DNA of 64,000 nucleotides, from contig CDMY01000306.1 in assembly GCA_001179505.1 (NCBI GenBank), forward strand, positions 63,916 through 127,915, given 5' to 3'. Below are positions 58,508 through 64,000 of the stretch, piece by piece. The notes beneath the pieces were generated by a model. That model worked only from the letters and a program-made list of their open reading frames with translations. It searched no databases and had not been told where the DNA came from. The DNA is from Vitrella brassicaformis CCMP3155 (taxonomy: Eukaryota > Protista > Chromerida). The number at the start of each line of letters is the position of its first letter. Positions within the stretch are counted from its first letter, which is position 1. Position numbers and translations under genes: made by a program.

Positions 58508-60152
58508 TCAGTTGATGCCCAGTGACTCGAACTGCCCCTGCTTGTTGATGTAACCCAAGTGCTGCCATTCAAACTGACAGTCCTCGTTGCCGAGGTGGTC
58601 GTCAAAGCCCTTGACAACTCCCTCTACGCCATGTCGGGCCGCCTCGTCCAGCCGGGCCTTGTGCACCACCTCACGCACACCCAGCAGCCGAGGCTGCCCG
58701 CCCTCCTGCCCCCTGACGGCGAAGCACTGCAGCGGCACCCGCACCATCTGACCGCCCACATTGGCCATAGGTCCCACCACCTCCCTGTTGCTGCTCGCCT
58801 CCAACGCCGACTTGACGAAGTGCTCGATAGCCGTACACACACGGCGGGCCATGTCGGTGTGGCGGAAGGGCAGCAGTGTGTCGGTGATGGTCCGGTTGAC
58901 GGCTTCTGTGTCGAAGAGGTACGATGCGATGCGCCAGCCGAAGAAGGGGGCCTCTTGCGGTCCCACTGCCAGCCGAGGAGTCAGCAGAGCGGCCAGCGAC
59001 CGGTGAGGGGCCAGGGCTGCATTGAGGGCCGCCATGGCCGGCTTCGGCAGGTCGTTGAGCACCTCTCTGTATTCCGATAACACCAGCTGTCGCTGACGGC
59101 GCAGGGCGGATGGTTGTCTCAAATAACGATCATCGCCTGCGTCCACATGTGGGTCGTCCTCTGCGTCGTCATCCACCGTGGGCAGCAGAGGGACGTCAGC
59201 GCCCGCCATCAACAGTGTGCGGATGGTGGGATTGGGAGGTTCCCATTCATGATAAACGGCCTCAGAGACAGCCACACCGAGGGGTGTCTCATTGTGGTAG
59301 AGCGAGGCTCTGTTGATGTCGTCGGCTGACGTGAGGTGCCGGGCGAGGAAGTCGACCACTTTGGGGAAGCGGTAAAGAGCCGCACAGTACAGTGGTGTCT
59401 CTCCTATTTCGTCTGTTGCCGCGATGTCCACCCCGTTGTCCACCAGCAGCGTCATGTAACTGTTGATGAACGACTGCGAATAGACGCTTGTTTCATACAG
59501 GCTGCCGCCGCGTGCTGCCTGGTGGGCCAGATTGCTCCCGAAGCTCGTCTCCATTGCGAGCGTCCTGTCCTTCTCCAGAATCCGCCGGTAGATCTGCATG
59601 AGCTCCGCCTCGTACTCAGCGGTCGGACTGCGAAGAAAAACGGGAGGGCAGGCCGAGCACACCACACAAATCGACGTCCCTGGACAGAAAGACGTCCACT
59701 GCCATCAGATTGCCCGCCTGAATGGCCACGAGAATGGGCCGGTCGTCACCCCCCCAGTTGAGTCGCGCGCCGCCATCGATAAACGCGTTGATGACTCCCC
59801 TCTCCAGCTCACGAGTCCTCCACTTGGGCAAAGCGACAGAATATCCATCGCCCGTCGAGAAGACGGTGTTGTCAATGGCCAGAGAAAGTAAGGGATAAGT
59901 TCGGTATGCTCGAGACCCTTTCCTCAGCCCTCTGCTCAGTCTCGGGAAGCTGCTTGTGTCCGCGCCTTGCCGAATAAGGTCTGTCACTTGCTGCGGGTCG
60001 GTGAAGGTGCGGCGGAAGACGCACTCGGCTAGCTGCTGACTCGCCTCGGGGTTCTGCTGCGCTCCCTTGCGGGACGGCACGCGGATAACTTAAAGGACGT
60101 CATCGACGCCTAGATGACCATCGTCAGACTCCGCAGATGCGCTTGAGGCCAT
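58508..60152 (-). pseudogene. Ankyrin-repeat protein of a lineage-expanded family; in-frame TAA at codon 21 and a second frame break near 59625
   Basis: ATG 60152 MASSASAESD..DDVL-TAA(60090-60092)-VIRVPSRK; ankyrin motifs RPILVAIQAGN, GETPLYCAALY and ETPLGVAV; ORFs 59616-60080 and 58508-59665 are out of frame. Confidence 0.72.
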
Positions 60153-60526
60153 CACTTCACAACCCGTAGCACACCAGATACACGAAAGCTGATTGTGCTT
60201 TCTTCACTGTCTTCCTTTCTCTCTCCCCGGGCCCCCTCTCCGCAAGCGGACGGCACATTCTTTTCTACTGTCCGCTCTATAGCTCTGCACGAGGGGAAGT
60301 ATTCCGTGTTGTTCGCATGTATGGCCTTCCGGCGCCTGATGGCAAGGTTTACTTTCGATGGGATCTCAATTATTGTGATCCTCTTGTGTTTGCCTTTTCT
60401 CTGCTCACATCTCGCTCACTGCGTGTGCATGAAGCGGTAGCCAGTTTTCTACTGTCTGCGAAGGCCTCGCGTAAGCGGTGGGTTGCGTTGCATCCGGTGC
60501 TTCCTTCTCCTGACTTGTGACTTTCT

Positions 60527-62689
60527 ATGGACTCATACAGACCCTTTCTTGCGTACCCCTTCGGGGGGCCGGGGGGCAAGGTCCCCGTGAGGTTAACGAA
60601 CGAACGAACGGACGGTGCGGGATCGCCTCTTCAGAGCGCCGTGAAACCGCTGCTTCAGGAAACAGTGAAGATGGGAGAGTCGATGCACCTGCCCGTGACG
60701 GGCTGCGAGATGGCTGACCATCTGATACGAAGGTCTTCGGAGTCGTTCATGGCTGCCAAGGAGAGAGCGGACGCCGAGATGCAGGCCATCGCCAATGAGA
60801 TCTCCACCTTGGTGGCGGCAGAAGGCGGCACGTGGCAGCTCACTGACACCGAGGGAGAGATCATGGTCAATGCCGGTAAAAAGGAAACAGCCAGCAGGAG
60901 TGCCAGTTGTATTTGCTACACGCATGCATCGCTTTGCTCTGTGTGACCACATCCAGGCGGTTCGGTCTTTCCCGTGAGTCGGCGTGTACTGCTGATGCCG
61001 TATATGAAGCATCGCTATATCTCAGTGCTGCTGATGCACCATGCGAGCGGCCTGCCGAGAGATGCCGACGGCCACATCTACCTGGAGACGTCACCGGCGT
61101 ATTTCGAGGCCTTTCTGGACGAGCTGACGCTCTATGAGACCGGTCGCACCAACACTGTCGAGCTGCCGCCGCCCAAGGCTGCTGACCCGCTCTACGCCGA
61201 CTACCATGCCCTCTTCACGCGGGAGATCAACTGCTATGCGGCGCCTCAGCAGACCACCCCACCCCACACGGCCAGCACAGCATCGACTGACAATCCCACC
61301 GGCAGCGAGGACCAGGCCATCCAGCAGTATCTGAAGGCCTGCGAGCAGTTCCTCCGCACCCACTCGGCGGCCATCAAGCAGCTGCAGGGCGTCAGGGATG
61401 ACATCAGGTGCTTCCTGGAGGCCATGGAGCCCTTCTTCGCCAGCCCTGACGGGAGCGAGAACGAGATTTTAAGCCTGACGGTCCTTGGCCGCAAGGTGTC
61501 GATGATGCGCAAGACCTTCAGTCGTCTGGGCCCCAACCACCCGCTCCTCACCCGCTTCGCCACGTAAGAGGAGCGAGCAGACACAGATATGACAACGACC
61601 AGGTCATATTGGGCGCTTGGGGGCTGTGCGTGGTCTTTGCGTGGTCTGTGCAGCACACCCCCCTGTTGGGCCGACCGTCGAGTGCGTCAGACGCCCACCA
61701 AGTGCTTCGTGACGACTGTGGAGTTTGCCCGGCGCATCGCCGTTCTGCCGGCCTGTCAGCTGATCCGACCGCCGCTGCTCGAGGAGGGAGGCGAGCGCCA
61801 CTTCATCGATGACATCGTAAGTGACGGCACCGCGCCCGGGTCCACACCAGTTGGCAGTGTGGCTGGTCTCATGTGTGTGTCAGGAGATGTATGGGCTGAG
61901 GTACCAGCCGTATTGCCATCTGCCGGCCGCCGATGGCACCGACTTCATCGCCAAGTCGGCCGAGGAGTGGGGCAAAGTCATCGACATGACCGGCAAACCC
62001 TCACCCAGAGCCACACTCATCTACAAGTGAGGAGGCCACACACACAGAGAGGGAAATGGGCACAGAGACAGATCATCCTGGGTGTTCATGTTGATATCAG
62101 GTCGAGTCGTGACACATTTGAGTACCCCTCCTTCCTCAACAAGGTGGTGGGCAAGAGCGGCCTGCTGTTCGCCATCCGGCAGGGCGACACACACAGATTC
62201 GGCGCCTTTGTCGATGGACCACTCACAGCGCCACAAGACCCAACAAAGACCAACCGCTACAAGGCGCCCCTCTTCTTCTTTTCGCTGTCCGGTGCGTACG
62301 AGACGCCGACCAAGATCGAGCTGCCAGAGGAGAGGCAGTAGTGGGTGGACGTGGCCGGCACACAGGGGGCGGTGAAGGACACCGAACACCAGCCGCTCGC
62401 CAATGTGTGCATCGCCCGCGGCTACCTGTGGCTGGGATATGCCAGTCCTGGTCCGGCGGCCGACCTCAACCGCTGCTGTCAGTGGATCAAGGAGGAGCAC
62501 CTTGCAGAGAGATACAATGGGGAGATCAACGAGCATGGCAACGGCACATTAGCACAGTCCTACAACTTCACTTGCGATGAGATGGAGATCTGGCAGGTGT
62601 GTGTGTGAGGGGAACGGAGGGCACACATGGCTGGCTGGCTGTGGACAACACTGCTGTATGTGTTCTGTGTGCAGGTGGGGAGCGGCTGA
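60527..62689 (+). pseudogene. BTB-BTB-TLDc protein, divergent subfamily C, in-frame TAG within TLDc
   Basis: Exons join in frame (NAG|GSVF, FAT|TPPC, DDI|EMYG, IYK|SSRD). AGG CAG TAG TGG GTG at 62339-62341 is one codon longer than all paralogs. Terminal VGSG* exon. Start could be 60527 or 60671. Confidence 0.8.
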
Positions 62690-63084
62690 AGCACCAGCAT
62701 GCGAGATAGCGTCAGTCACGTGGCTCTGCCTCCTTCGTGTGGAGTTTAATCCACTCGGTTTTGCCGTGAGCCGTCTTTTATTGGTGTGTTCCTGCCTGTT
62801 CCTGCGAATTGTGGTCTTCGTGAATGGTGACAATGTACAAGCAAGCCTGCGCTCAGGCAAACATGATTTGTGTGGCTGCATGGACAGATGTCGGTCCGGT
62901 ACCGCATTCGAAAGCCCGTCATGCCGCTCTCGCGTCATACATCACCAGAGCACATCCACAAGCCATTGAACCCACAGTCACTGCTAATACTAAATGCCTC
63001 TCTGCCTCTCAATAAGCCACCCAGCGTCCCTCCCTCCCTCTCCCAGCCGCCCACTCATCCAAGGACCCCATCGAACACATACAT

Positions 63085-63653
63085 CTACACGTCCCAGAAT
63101 ATGGGTTTGACGTTCTTCCTTCTGGCTCTTTTGAGCCGCAGGTTATTGAGCTTGATGACGATCTTCCGGTGCTTCCGCAGAAACTGACGGTACTCGGTGA
63201 ACGTGGCATTCTCTATCCCCTGCAGGAAAAGGCAGACACCAACCCACCCGCCACACACACACACACCGATGACGCCTGTGTGCCTGTCATAAGTCTCGTG
63301 TTTGCGTGTGTGTGTCTGACCTGTCCGTAGACGAACATGAGCGACAGTTCGCCATAGGTCTTGCTGGGCTTGTCCATGCCCCACAGCCAGTCGGGGTAGC
63401 AGTGGTCAGGCAGCAGCTTCGGGTCGCTCTTCTCGATGAAAATGTTGAACAGCTGACCGCTCGTCGGCTCAGACGGCGCAGCGGCGCCCTTGTCCGCAGC
63501 TGCCTCGGCCTTCTTTTTCTTGGGCGCAAGGGACATCGGGCTCCGGGCAAAGCCGCTGATGAAGCGGGCGGCCGGTGGGCGGCAGATGGGGGGAGGGGGC
63601 GAACAGGCTGTCAATTCGCATACTGCGTGGCAGACGGCTCTCCGCAGCGCCAT
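63085..63653 (-). CDS. MRPL54: Mitochondrial ribosomal protein mL54 (yeast MrpL37 family)
   Basis: Presequence-like N-terminus, NIFIEKSDPKLLPDHCYPDWLWGM, then EYRQFLRKHRKIVIKLNNLRLK; two exons. Confidence 0.8.
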
Positions 63654-64000
63654 GATCTACTTTAGGACACAAGACAAGCTTGTGTGAGTGCACCCACTCG
63701 GTCAGGCTGCGAGGGGGGGTGAGGTCGGAAAGTTGGGAGCGTCGGAATGAAAAGCTCGTGAGTGTGCGCGAAACTTTCCGGGCGAAGCTCTGGTGAAGGC
63801 TCAAGATGACGGTGCGTGTCTGCACGCATTCATATCCTGCGCAGGACGGTGCGAAGGTGAGCGCCGGACGGATGAGCATGCCGCCAAGATGGAACATTCG
63901 GTGATGTGTGTGTGTCAGTGTGTGTATAACGCACGCATGTGTGAATGCAGATGAGGTCCAAGATGACAGAGCGAAGGGACGGACGGCACGTTCACGTCGG

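Noticed and set aside
12803-62341. Possible UAA/UAG reassignment or readthrough, since most real genes end in TGA and several in-frame TAA/TAG occur (12803, 41837, 60090, 62339)
   Set aside because: Long conserved exons and poly-Gln runs (RICTOR, LSM1) contain no TAA/TAG. 12803 falls inside a plausible intron (12759-12851), and 62339 is an extra codon rather than a substitution. TGA preference is expected at high GC.
27-64000. Many ORFs rich in CVCV/HTHT/RERE
   Set aside because: Translations of intronic (TG)n, (CA)n and (GA)n microsatellites.
63780-64000. Possible first exons of a plus-strand gene divergent from mL54
   Set aside because: Splice-like sites are present, but no consistent open frame from a start codon could be built within the window.
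1-64000. CRISPR arrays, rRNA, tRNA, prokaryotic operons or transposases
   Set aside because: None recognised; repeats are microsatellites or segmental duplications in spliceosomal-intron genes.

Overview
Eukaryotic, GC-rich, intron-dense genomic DNA with GT-AG introns of roughly 60-130 nt filled with (CA)n/(TG)n, (GA)n and (GGAT)n microsatellites. The style and gene families suggest a chromerid alveolate such as Vitrella (inference, not verified). Gene models were spliced by eye, so exon edges are approximate. Conserved genes: AdoMet decarboxylase (partial, runs into a gap), a dsRBM plus UPF1-like SF1B helicase, LSM1, a probable mitoribosomal SAM/IGR-like plus Myb protein, a 12 kb RICTOR (TORC2) gene, a zf-HIT BCD1-like gene and mL54. 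Interleaved with these is a fast-evolving accessory set: six BTB-BTB-TLDc paralogs (three with single lesions), an F-box gene, an ankyrin pseudogene, a duplicated Gly2-myristoylation-type gene pair, an ~11-TM protein and a large Cys-repeat/WxxF-motif protein. It was shaped by a ~5 kb inverted and a ~2.4 kb direct segmental duplication. Best leads: (CA)n-then-(TG)n self-complementary introns, RICTOR in a probable apicomplexan relative, the dsRBM-helicase fusion, a recurrent AGCTCGC(A/G) promoter motif, a candidate AdoMetDC uORF and head-to-head placement of accessory genes against other promoters. Two 300-N assembly gaps are present. No rRNA, tRNA, CRISPR array or autonomous transposon was recognised.
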